The position numbers and the translations under genes were made by a program. Under the pieces are notes generated by a model. It worked only from the letters and a program-made list of their open reading frames with translations. It was not told the origin of the DNA and did no database searches. Below are positions 39,507 to 52,152 of a stretch of DNA of 64,000 nt, in pieces. Positions within the stretch are counted from its first letter, which is position 1, and each line of letters starts with the position of its first letter. The DNA comes from Tubulanus polymorphus (lineage: Eukaryota > Animalia > Nemertea), in NCBI RefSeq assembly GCF_964204645.1, contig NC_134027.1, positions 21,476,560-21,540,559 on the forward strand, written 5' to 3'.

Positions 39507-39610
39507 GTTCCTGTGAAAATGACGCAGGAAATAAGGAGTGTTCTAAATTGAGCTGCAGGAGAAAAAGAAACAGACTTTTCTTGTGCAGAAAAAAATGCGA
39601 CATGTGTTAA
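39507..39610 (+). pseudogene. Orphan copy of the ShK-like gene 2 mature-peptide exon
   Basis: Identical to 30190-30293 with intact acceptor and 3' UTR; signal and pro exons absent. Confidence 0.88.
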
Positions 39611-41027
39611 ACGTAACAAGCGTGAAAAAAAAATCAGTTTCAATGAAAAATTTTCGTTACATGATCAAAAGAGTATATTGAAAAGCGGTACAGGGCCGGT
39701 AACCAATAAGTATAACATCTACAAGTAAATGATAATTATTCGATACTAAATCGGGATAGAAATTATTCAAACTCTGAAAATGTATATAAGTCACAATATC
39801 ATGGAACAGATACTAGAAATACGAATTCGGAACCGTTAGATCTCGATCACATAAAATCAGACCACGTCAAAATCAATATTGTACGGAACGCCTTTGAAAT
39901 TAAACTGAATAAAGTTAGTTGCGGAAATAAAGCGTTTGATCTGATTATTCATGTTGGAGCGGGAGGACTCACGAGAGACCAGCTGCCGGTTGCATATGAC
40001 GCAGACCTAAGATCAGTCTAATACCAACATAGTTCTATAGCCAATTGAACGACTAATGACCAGTCTTAAGATTGTAAGACCACTTTTGAACTGAAGTCAC
40101 GTCCGTGCAACTGGCCCCAGGGGCATGGCCTCAACTTAAGACCAGTCTAAGACCGTCTTAGATCTAAAGCCAATCTATCAACTTAAGACTAGTCTTAATA
40201 TTCAATACCACTTTAAAACTTGAGTATCGAATGAATTCGGGCTCGCTACTTAAGACTTAAAATTAAGAGTTACATCTTACTACAGCGGATACGCAAGCAA
40301 CTACAGTAGACTCGGCCCTTACAGTACCGGTCGACTTGCATAACCCTTTGCTTTCCTATACTAATTTCACTCTCATTCGGTAACGCCCTGCTCGGCACAC
40401 CGCCTTTACTCGTTGGATTTTATGTTCAAATTCATCCTCTGCTCCGGCTAACTCGGTAAATTCGAAGACGACCTTGCGTCGATAGAAATGGAGTTAGGTG
40501 CTAGGTAACTGTGAGTATACTAGGATATTAGAATCACCGTCTTCCCTGCGACCCAATGCATTGCGACCGTATTCAGTACACGTTTACAAGAGGTGTTCTT
40601 ATCGAATGAACTCTTAACAATAAGACACGCTGTAAATGAAGATTTACTCTGAAATGAAGATTTTTCTCTGTCCAATAGATCGAGAATTTAATTCGGTTAG
40701 GCCTATGTATAAAACAAGAACATGCACAAATAAGAAAATGCGCCCTTCAACTAAACGTAGAATCATCCTGGCTAGACGCGTCATTTAAAATCTTTGGGGA
40801 TTTGTTGATAAAACCGGAGTTGATAAAACCAGAAACAAAAAGGAACAGGATTTCTTCATGCTGGGAGATTTATCTGCAAGCGACACCACAGCCAAAAAAT
40901 AAGAAATACTATATGCCGGTAGCTTAAATGAAACTTTTCGTAAAAATATTGAATAAACTAGTTGATTTAACGGTATGAACGAGTAGTTTACTATTCAGAT
41001 TTTGAAACAACATTTAGACACTCGCCA

Positions 41028-41164
41028 TTATTCTGTGCAACATGTTGTTATTGGCGGGTTGTAGCTAGCGCATTTCTTGAATCTATTCGCACAACCGACG
41101 ATGTAGAAACTCGTTCCGGTCAGATTATCTATACCTCTTGCCCGTTGGGCCGTCGGAATCGCAT
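41028..41164 (-). pseudogene. Nav-toxin paralog pseudogene (duplicate of 31713-31849)
   Basis: Same sequence at offset +9315. Confidence 0.88.
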
Positions 41165-42862
41165 GACCCTATAGACGGGGAGGGTGCAAATGGTGAGAAT
41201 TTAGACTCAATTAGAAAATATAGATAATCCCACACGGAAAGATGAAGTTCAAAAACGACTGGTTACGAGATACATGAGTTAAGAATTTAGGCACAATTTT
41301 TCAAACGAATACCGCACCCTGACCGGGTCTCGCAAGGGAACGAGGAATTGCGGTACAGACATGTGCTGACTCGTACAGACTCGTATAGAAGTGAGAACCG
41401 TAGTGACATTCCGGCAGGTTCGATATTTTTGATTTGCCCCAGCGATCAATCTGATCGGTGCCGCAAGTTTTCGCGCGGTAAACCAGCGCATGTACCTGCG
41501 CACCCGGTCAAGTGTGGCAGGGTTTCGCGCCGTGGTTGAGTGTAGCGATGCTATGGGGTTCGAATCCCTGCCGAGGGAGGATGGGCGGTACTGACCGGTA
41601 ACCAATAAGTACATCTACAAGTAGATGATAATTCGATATTAAATCGGGACAAAAAGAATTATTCCAGCTCTAAAAATTTATAGAAATCGCAACACCGTGG
41701 AACAAATACTAGAAATACGAATTCAAAACCGTATACTAGATCTCGATCATATAAAAAACAGACTACGCGCATAGCAATATTGTATAACTGAATACCTTGT
41801 AATTTAACTGAATAAAGTTTGTTGCGTCAATATAGTGTTTGATTTGATTATTCATGTTGGAGCGGGAAGATTCACTAGAGACCAGAGCCCTATCTACTGT
41901 ACACCTAAAAGCTATATCTTACCACAGCGGATTCACAAACAAGTGTAGAAGTATAAATATACTTTTTTGGAGTGTTTTTAGATGTATACTACTGGAAAAG
42001 ATTGTTCTCAAATGGATACTAAGTAAAAGTAGACGTTTGAGCTCGAAAGTGCGATTAGACTTGTTCTTGGATTTAGCCTTTCGAATAATGTTTATCAGGG
42101 TATCCGTTGACCCCAATCTCCATGTTCGGCATGCTATTGTATTTCCAAAAGGTGACCTCCAGGTATTTCCTTTTTAGTTCTCAATACAAATATGAGCATA
42201 TTATTTGAAAATAAGATAACGCTACAAAATACAGCTGAAAAGCAGCGATAACGGGTTTTCTGTCTTGTTAGTCTAAAAATCGTAGGAAACGTTTTCATGA
42301 TTATGTCGAAATCAGTCTCATCACTTCGTGATATGGCTACTTTGAACTATGCTATGCTTCGCACTGAACGCTGTAGCGGGTTACATAGATTTATCTATCC
42401 GTCGATTAAGGCATTAGTTTTGACTTGGACCCGTTGACCGCCTGGATTAAATCATTGACCCCAAACAGATACATGACGTGGAAAGTGTATTGTGTCCTCT
42501 GTTATCATATTGGTATTAATGGGTATATGTTAGTCCATAAATATGATTTTATATTTCATTTCATCACTTTAAGTCAGAAGTCAAATTTCATCACTTTCAG
42601 CCTACAATCTTCCTCTCCTCCCCGCATAATCGGTCAGCGCATAAAGCCAATATGTTCTATTTAAAGATCAGACTGCCGAAGATATCAACCAATGAACTAA
42701 GTTCGAAAAGAAGAAAGTGAATCAAACTCGAAATAAAAATTCATTTGCGACTACGACATATACGAGACAGTAAAAACTAATTAATTTGATGATATGAACG
42801 AGTATAATTTATTCTTCAGATTATCAAACAACTCTATATCATTATTAAATCATTACTCGTCA

Positions 42863-43553
42863 TTATTCTTTGCAACATGTTGTTACTGCATTGGTGTAGC
42901 TGGCGCATTTCTTGAATCCACTGTGACAGCCGACGAAGAAGAAACTTGTTCCGCTCAGATTATTACCTCTTGCTCGTGGACCGTCGGAATCGCATCGACA
43001 CGCGACTCCTCGTCTGAATCGTCCATGTTCTTCTGAATAGCGAAAAATAGTGAGCGAAATTATATTGCTGCTGGAGCAAATGGAAGCACCCAAAAACGTA
43101 TCTAACTGCGCTCGCCGGATGAATATTTGTGCTTATTTTATTGCACACACCGATTTGGCATTCATACTTCAAAGATTTTCAACTTTGAAACTACTTCATT
43201 TACAAATGATAGGCGAAATAAAATAGTATTCTAAGTACGAACCGTTATAAGTATTGTATGAATTCGTATAAATCTAAGTATATCTGAAAACCTCCTCGCG
43301 GTCGTAAAAGGCCGCGATTGAACATGAGGCAGTGAATGATATGATATTTCTAAAATGCTTACCTTCCGACGCCACTCCGGCAATTACTAATGCGACCGCG
43401 ATAGCGAAAATGAATACCTGCAACAAATTTAAAAAAAACATATCTATAGCTACGTATTGTCTATTTGCTTGTATTGACTATATACTAAGAGTTAGCTATG
43501 TTCATCTATTTGCTATCGATTTCTCATCGATAACAGTTCGTACGTACCTTCAT
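42863..43553 (-). CDS. Sea-anemone-type sodium-channel toxin prepropeptide, second identical copy; exons 43553-43548, 43417-43363, 43032-42863
   Basis: Coding exons and splice sites identical to 33548-34238. Confidence 0.92.
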
Positions 43554-44646
43554 GTTCAACGAGTTTCAAAGCTTCTGTGACTTTGCTTCTAGAATTATGT
43601 ACAACCGGAATAAATCGGGTATTTTATACAGAATAAGTTTAATCTCTGGGCATTTGTGTCAGCTTGCCGGATTAGTTTCAGTCAGGCCAATTTGAAATTC
43701 GAATCTGAATCTTCCAATCTATCTGACCGCCATGACCTCCTCAACGCAACATTTTCGAGTGTAGCTTTCAATTCCATGATCATATAAATATAATACATGT
43801 ATGCTTTTTTATAATGAAATACATCATATCATTGAAAAAAAAAAAGATTTGTGTGTAAATCAAAACATTAGGTTTACCCGTTGATTTTGAATTGATGGAT
43901 TATGTTTTAATTTGAAATCCATTTATTTCAAACATAACCGCAGTAAAATTGCTCATTTGTCGACTATCTTGCCGCAAATAGCCAGTTTAATACAAATGGG
44001 AAATCAATCAATCAGTTTTATCAGTTATCGTACAGTAAGGTAGGCGAAGTTTGATTTCAATAGATTCGTGCTGCACGTTTGAAATCTCACGATTTTTCAT
44101 CGCGATACATTTTTTGTTATGAATTTGAGGTAGAGTGGTAGGGTGTATATATATTTCAAATTAGAAACTCTGCAAGGAAGAGTGTCGAAGTATAATACAA
44201 TGGAGAACCGTCCAGTCATTCCTTCTTCAGATTTCGTTGACAAACTAGGGTCCAGAGACACCAGGCCCTCTTGGTTATTCGGAAATAATCGCTCGACATT
44301 CAGATGAGTACACCATCCCCGGTGAAAAATGGCAAAAAAACAATGACAGTGAAATCCAGCACAATCAGAGGACATGTCAAAAGCTCTTGCAAATGAATAT
44401 GGTTACAAAATATAGGTAGGTCCCATTATAATGGGGTACCGCACTCACCAGGTGGCGTAACAATACACTCGTAAAATTCATGTATACATATCTGTTATCT
44501 CTATTATTATTCTATTCAATGTGTATCTCTGTTTTCTTGTTTTTAAGTTTTGTAGATTATAAATTTAATTATACAAATTCTTGTAACCTCTATGTACTAA
44601 TGTTTGGTTACACCGAAATAAATAAACCTAAACGTAAAACTATATC

Positions 44647-44718
44647 GGCTCGTTGGTCTAGAGGTATGATTCTCGCTTCGGGTGCGAGAGGTCCCGGGTT
44701 CGATTCCCGGACGAGCCC
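44647..44718 (+). tRNA. tRNA-Pro(CGG), duplicate
   Basis: Identical to 35332-35403. Confidence 0.96.
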
Positions 44719-46903
44719 CGCGCATTTTATACGCATTGAAAATAAATTCATTTTCGATGAACTTTGAACTAGACTTTTAGGCTCATAAATGGAAACGTAG
44801 TCAAACAAGTCTTCGGATAGATATGAAACGTGTATATGGTATAGTTTTACTGGTTGATTTTACTAATGAGAAAAGTTGATCCGAATTTAATTGAAATGAA
44901 GAGATTGAAGTGCGGTAACCGAGTAACCACAGCGAACCTCGTGAATCTTCGCCTGTCATACGTGGAATCCTGGATTGCCACAGTATAGGTGCGGGTACCC
45001 CATTGGATTTGCTATATGATTTGACCATTCAACGCCCCTGGTGAATGTATGCACACAGTCATCCGATGATCTTGAAGATCATATACAATCATACGTGATT
45101 GCAAAATAAGCAGATACCAATACTATATAAATTGAATAATTTTAACACCTAAATCAGCAGTGGTCGTCAGAAAAAAACACTGGTTGAAAACCAATTTTAT
45201 GTGACTAGATAGTGTTCGTAATTATCACTGTAAGTTAGAATTTCCACATATGGGCGAATATGACCACCGCTGTTGGACTAAATATAAGCTAAAACCTAGG
45301 TTATTATTTTCCTGAAAGAAAGAAGTATTCTCCAGATCTATATCGTCATAATGGATGACACGAGACACTTTACACGTCACGTATAAAATCATCTGTTCGC
45401 GGTCGATGATTTAATGCAGGCGGTCAACAGTTCAAAACTAATGCGCTGCGACCAGACGGATTGAGAGTTAAACCTAGGTAACCCGCTACAGAGTTCACCT
45501 AACGTACGGTACTTTCACCCTGTGACAACAAACACCTCGTAATTTAGGCCTATACGTGAACTGATATATTTAAGTCCCCAAAATGCTTTGGATGTGGTTC
45601 TTCTGTCTTTCACCGGGATGAAGGAATCAATAGATATCCGACGCGACAAACTGTTTATAATCGTGAATTTCACCTCGTCGTGCGAGGCTCTGGAAGCAGC
45701 GTTCGTCGACTAGAATATTCGCCGATATCAGTACGTTCATCAGATGTTGCATTTTCTTCAAATATTCTGATTGCCGAGAACTTTAGACCAATATCCAAGT
45801 GGCCATTTATCCCTGAGCCCTAGTTCATTACAAAAGTGAAAATAGATTGTTCTCAGACATATTCATAGCCCACTCGGGACAAATCCAGCGGGTTATTTGT
45901 GCCATTTGTCCGTTTGTTTGTCTGTCCGGAATCCAGTAACTTCGGGAATACAAAAGCATGCCGAATAAGGAAGGAGATTGAGGTCAACGGACACCCTGAT
46001 AAACATTACTCGAAAGGCTAAATCTAAGAACATGTCTATCGCACTTTCGAGCTCAAACGTCTATTTTTACTTAGTACCCATTTGAGAACAATGATATCTT
46101 TTCCAGTAGTATACATCTAAAAACACTCTAAAAAGTATATCTATACTTCTACACTTTTTTGTGAATCCGCTGTGGTAAGATATAGCTTTTAGGTCTACAG
46201 TAGATAGGGCTCTGGTCTCTAGTGAATCTTCCCGCTCCAGCATGAATAATCAAATCAAACACTATATTGACGCAACAAACTTTATTCAGTTAAATTACAA
46301 AGTATTCAGTTATACAATATTGATATGCGCGTAGTCTGTCTTTATGTGATTGAGATCTAGTATACGGTTTTGAATTCGTATTTCTAGTATTTGTTCCACG
46401 GTGTTGCGATTCTTATAAATTTTTAGAGCTTGAATAATTTTTTTGTCCCAATTTACTATCGAATTATCATCTACTTGTAGATGTACTTATTGGTTACCGG
46501 TCAGTACCACCCATCCTCCCTCGGCAGGGATTCGAACCTCATAGCATCGCTACACTCAGCCACGGCACGAAACCCTGCCACACTTGACCGGGCGCGCAGG
46601 TACATGCGCTGGTTTACCGCGCGAAAACTTGCGGCACCGATCAGATTGATCGCAGGGGCAAATCAAAAATATCGAACCTGCCAGAATGTCACAACGGTTC
46701 TTACTTCTATACGAGTCTATACGAGTCAGCAAATGTATGTACCGCAATTCCGCGTTCCCTTGCGTGACCCGGTCAGGGTGCGGTATTCGTTTGAAAAGTT
46801 GTGCCTAAATTCTTAACTAAATATATCTTTCCGTGTGGGATTATCTATATTTTCTAACTAAGTCTAAATTCTCACCATTTCCCCCTCCCCGTCTATAGGG
46901 TCA

Positions 46904-49900
46904 TGCGATTCCGACGGCCCAACGGGCAAGAGGTATAGATAATCTGACCGGAACAAGTTTCTACATCGTCGGTTGTAAGAATAGATTCAAGAAATGCGCT
47001 AGCTACAACTATTGGGGTGATAAATTAGTAGTTTGCATAGAGGGAGGGAAGCCAGAGTTCAGGGCAGTGGCTGAAGTTAGTAAACAACCTACGTAGATGC
47101 TTACGTCGCACACAAGACACTGAATAGAAGATAGGTGAAAGTGACGTGAGTATCTGCGTAGAGTTGCTGGTTATAGCGGCAGCCTTGAGCTCTGGTATGG
47201 CTAGGAAGTAAACAAGTATAATAAACTCGTGACGTATAACATATGTAGAAGTATACGTCACGAGTAACATGAAATAAGATAAAAAGGGAGGGTCAGCACA
47301 GTAAGGGGGAGAGAGATGCTAGAGTGGCGGAGAAGCCTAAAAATACGAGCTGTAGGAAGGAATAAGAATTGTGCGGGAAAATAAAGAAAGAACGTAGACC
47401 CACGAGAAGAGTTGTTATTATTCCGGAGTCAGAGGGATATCACTTATCGGATTAATCGGAACCAACAACGACAACACGAGGGGAGAACGCAACGTGGCCC
47501 CCACAACATTGTTGGAGAACCGAAAGCAACCCCACAACATTGGTGGAGAACAGTGGTGTATCCTGCACCTCTCGCTGCCAAGCGATCGTGTATATTTGGT
47601 GAGTGAACAGGGGTGAAGTAAAAGTGTAAGATGAACGTTACATTCCGTAACCGTTATAATTACATGAAATACGGGCCGCTACCGCGGGTTAAGTTGAAAT
47701 ATTGCGGATAACTCGATCTGTGTATAAAAATCATTCCCGTCTGGATTTAATAGCTGTTTGTTTGTCTTATTCGAGAAATATGTAATCTTCATATCGTCAG
47801 ATTCAGTTGAAATGAATTATAGAGCTTCCAGTGCGGAAAGTAGTTGTTTCTTTCCATATTTAAATTAATTGAATTATCCGATTTGGCGTGGCGTTTTCGT
47901 AAGATCGTGTTTTGGACACTACGTTTTACATGGCAGCAAATTGGATTCACTACTCCGAATTTAGATTCGTGTGAATTAACGGACATAATGGCGTTCGGAA
48001 ACGAAGCGATTCTGCGATCGTAACGCGATAAATGAAATACAGTGGGGTATTAGAGGCATTATACAAACGCATTTCATCATCGGACAGTTCATAGATCTGC
48101 TACGGGAAATCGACCTTGGAGACGTTCAACGGACTACGATTGCGGCTTATAGTAATTGTAAATAATATGATATGTATTTCTGCATGTTTTGATTGCTTTT
48201 GTAGAATGATACTCAGCGTTTTTAAGTTGCTTGAGTGCTGGGTTATTGTATCTACGTAGATATAAATATGCACTACGTAAATCTTTTATAGTTTGCTAAA
48301 TTTGCTGGATGGTATTTCGCGAAAGAATGATTTATTAGTCTAGGTGAGCCACTCGGTTATCAGTGTAACGATAGTTGAAAGCGCTCACTGCCTGTATATA
48401 CCTAACAAATAACTGTGGTGTTTATGTGGTTTTAAGAAATATAATGAGTATCGCGAGTTAGTATAGAATATGTTTATTGTGCAAAGGTTAGATTGGGCGC
48501 TCAGTGGTGAATCTTACCGGAGGGGGTTTGAATAGAGTAGTTTATATGAGATGAAGTAAGGTGGACCAGGGACCTGGATGAAGAGTAAGGGATGCTCTAG
48601 GGATGGTCCGGAATAAAACGGGGGATTATAGCCCGAAGGATTAATTTTGAAGATCCTTTGAAACAGTATAATGTTTAGTGGCTAGCCTCTGGAAAATATT
48701 GGATATATATGTTGGACATTATTAGGGTCGAATATCAAGAAATACCAAATGGGTGATTCGTCGGCCGGTTCCCTATTTATCCATAGATTTTATTTACTCC
48801 GGTAAGGCGTGACATGGGGGATGATACGGAAATGAGAAATGTCACGATACAGCTATTTGTTAGGTATGCTGAAATGGCCATTCAGGGGATTGTTTTTTTA
48901 GAAGTAAAGGGTTGCTCATTGCGTAATACAATAAGTATGGTAAGTATTATTCGGTAGATTGGGTATCTTAACTGAATGGTCGTAGATTGCAGGGATGTGT
49001 GAGCGCTATGTTTTTTTTTCCGAACTTTCAGTCCGTCTTGACCGGTTTATATACAGGATGATGCGTCGACCGTTTTACATGTGAGGTTATATCCCCTGAT
49101 TTGCGGGAAGGAATTAGAACAATTCGAATATCAGATGTCGGTGGTTTGGAAGACCATAGGCCCAGGAGTTAACGATAATTTTTTAGAATCGGCTGTTTGA
49201 ATGGCACTGAATGAGTAGTGTCCAGAGGAATTTTCCCTAACTTTTGGGTGATGCATCTTAATGAGTTTTGTGGTCACTTTATGACATCCTTCCATAAATA
49301 TATGGCGGCCTGCCTGTCTATTTCAACGGTTCCAAGCCGCAAAAAGCAGTTCATGTTATCCCTGCCTAGACTACGGATAAATGTGCTCTCTGAGGCAATG
49401 GGTGGGGACTAGCAGCTGACATCTCAATAATACGAATGTACGCATGCGGTATATTCATTTTTGGTATGTTTTGGCTTACCTTTATGTTACGTACACATAG
49501 AAAAATTATTATGAAATTGTTTGTGAATTCATTGTTGAGCATGTCTGTTGCCAACGTGTGCTGGGCACATAATAATCAACTAAATGATGTATCTGGCATC
49601 TGTATTAATTTACGTCGTTGATTGGGGTCGGGACAGGTTTGACAAATCATCCGATATCGGTTAAGGTAACGGCTGATAGTTTGGACAGTGGGAAATTGAC
49701 GTGTTTGCAATGGTAATTTTAAAGACAAATTAGGCTGCACACACTGATTATTTTTTTTTTTTGGTAAAGACAACGAGAACGAGGAGAGTCAGAAAGTTGA
49801 AGTGGTTGGTCATATATTGTTAAATTATTAGACTACATGAATGTGGATATAGAGAAATGGGTGATTGTCTATGAAAGCTATTTGGGAAGTTGTGTTTGAT

Positions 49901-51046
49901 ATGTTTTTTTTGCATGACTACAATTGTATAGGCTTGTTCTCATTAAATGTAAGATCAATATACAGATGTACATGCCTCATAATTGTTATATATTACTGTT
50001 GAAAAGAGTCTCATATTTGATATTTGTAGATGATTGCTTTCCCTTAGATAAAGTTCGTGTGTTAAGTTTATAAGTATTTAGAAACTTTTTTGGCTTACCG
50101 TAAAATTCTATGGGGTCCATGTAGGTCTCGTTGATGAATAAGATGAACTGATGATGAGTGGGGTGTGTTGCTTAGTTTAGGTAGAAGTTTGATGTAGGAT
50201 TGGATAATAGGGGAAAGGGTCAGAAATTGTGATTTATGTCTACTTTACAGGTGTTGTAAATTGATGTACGGAATGGTGGTTGTGTATCATTAGTCTTGAT
50301 GTTCTGAAGGTTTTGTGTAATTTTCATTACCCTGCGGCTGGCTTTAAGTTGTAAGAGATGTTGCTTATAAATGATGTTCTGAAGCCTGTGCACTTTTGAA
50401 AAGATTTTTTTTTTTGGGAAACTACAATAGGGTCTTGTGAATTTTTGGCGATTGGGGACCAATCGTCTGGGGAGGAGGATAGTATTGGGGTGATAAATTA
50501 GTAGTTTGCATAGAGGGAGGGAAGCCAGAGTTCAGGGCAGTGGCTGAAGTTAGTAAACAACCTACGTAGATGCTTACGTCGCACACAAGACACTGAATAG
50601 AAGATAGGTGAAAGTGACGTGACTATCTGCGTAGGGTTGCTGGTTATAGCGGCAGCCTTGAGCTCTGGTATGGCTAGGAAGTAAACAAGTATAATAAACT
50701 CGTGACGTATAACATATGTAGAAGTATACGTCACGAATAACATGAAATAAAATAAAAAGAGAGGGTCAGCACAGTAAGGGGGAGAGAGATGCTAGAGTGG
50801 CGGAGAAGCCTAAAAATACGAGCTGTAGGAAGGAATAAGAATTGTGCGGTAAAATAAAGAAAGAACGTAGACCCACGAGAAGAGTTGTTATTATTCCGGA
50901 GTCAGAGGGATATCACTTATCGGATTAATCGGAACCAACAACGACAACACGAGGGGAGAACGCAACGTGGCCCCCACAACATTGTTGGAGAACCGAAAGC
51001 AACCCCACAACACAACCCTCCAATAACAACATGTTGCACAGAATAA
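46904..51046 (+). pseudogene. Nav-toxin paralog pseudogene split by the LTR element (46904-47009 and 51013-51046)
   Basis: ...FKKCASYN | PPITTCCTE* rejoins in frame after removing the element and one CAAC TSD. Confidence 0.88.
47010..51012 (+). mobile_element. Non-autonomous LTR retrotransposon (Gypsy-like by 4-bp TSD)
   Basis: 530-bp LTRs 47010-47539 and 50483-51012 (TA...CA, about six differences); PBS-like TGGTGGAGAA; PPT GGGGAGGAGGATAG; TSD CAAC at 47006-47009 and 51013-51016; no recognisable gag/pol ORF. Confidence 0.92.
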
Positions 51047-51381
51047 TGGCGAGTGTCTAAATGTTGTTTCAAAATCTGAATAGTAAACTATACTCGTTCA
51101 TACCGTTAAATCAACTAGTTTATTCAATATCTTTACGATAAGTTTCATTTAAGCTACCGGCATATAGTATTTCTTATTTTTTGGCTGTGGTGTCGCTTGC
51201 AGATAAATCTCCCAGCATGAAGAAATCCTTTTCCTTTTTGTTTCTGGTTTTATCAGCTCCGGCTTTATCAACAATTCCCCAAAGATTTTAAATGACGCGT
51301 CTAGCCAGGATGATTCTACGTTTTACGAGTAAAATCCCACAATAAATGAATTAAATGATAAAATGTTTATTTAAAACATAT

Positions 51382-51423
51382 GAGAAATATTTCGGGTGGT
51401 TACTACCACCCTTCTTCAGTCTA
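51382..51423 (-). ncRNA. Minimal hammerhead-ribozyme motif of Penelope-like element type
   Basis: Minus strand AGA-CTGAAGA-A-GGGTGGT-AGTA-ACCACCC-GAAATATT-TCT; perfect 7-bp stem II, palindromic ATAT stem III. Confidence 0.65.
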
Positions 51424-52152
51424 AAATGACTTGCCAAATACACACACAGTATTAATACATGAAATAGGACACGAGTCACTGCACCTTACGTTATGGGGAC
51501 TAGAGCACTGACATATCTTGAAAGAAGTTTATTATGGGGGCTGAAACCATTATTGAGGTTGGTCCATTCTCAATCTGAAGCGACTGATCATCCAGCTTCT
51601 TAAAAAATTGATAACGAATTCATTTGTTTTCAAACAGTCTAAGCTTGCAGTAATCATTAAATACTCCAAGGTTTAAGGCTGTGGTTCATAATAGAAGTAA
51701 TGCAATGTGGTTATTTCTCGTACTTTCAATCTAATGGGGAATACACAGCACCAGCTATCACTCCCGAATCCATATATTATCACAGGACCTACCAAATTAA
51801 CAATAGATTAATCTATTTTTCTTCTCTGATATTCGGTATAATTTTCATTAATGATTTATTCATTTAAGAGAAAAGATCATTCAGTTTTAATTGAAATGTA
51901 AAGTAAATCGCACGCGGAAGACCTACTATCAACTAGTGAACCTGGTGGATCCTCGCCTGCCATATGTGTAGAATCCTCAATTGCCACAGTAGCGGTGCGG
52001 GTACCCCATTATTTGTGTTATCGAGGAGATAGCTCCCTTGTATGATAAAGAATAGGCGCACGGATCATGAGATATACGGTTTTAGATATAGTGATCCGAA
52101 AAACATCTTCTATAGCCTCTTCTACAGCTAGAAAACAATATCATTGAATAAT

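Larger units (their letters stand above)
30153..48785. repeat. Near-perfect tandem duplication, period ~9315 bp (units 30153-39471 and 39470-48785)
   Basis: ORF track repeats with offset 9314-9315; junction ATTTATCCA-TA-TCTACGGG at 39470 has 2-bp microhomology; only scattered SNPs and indels. Confidence 0.97.
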
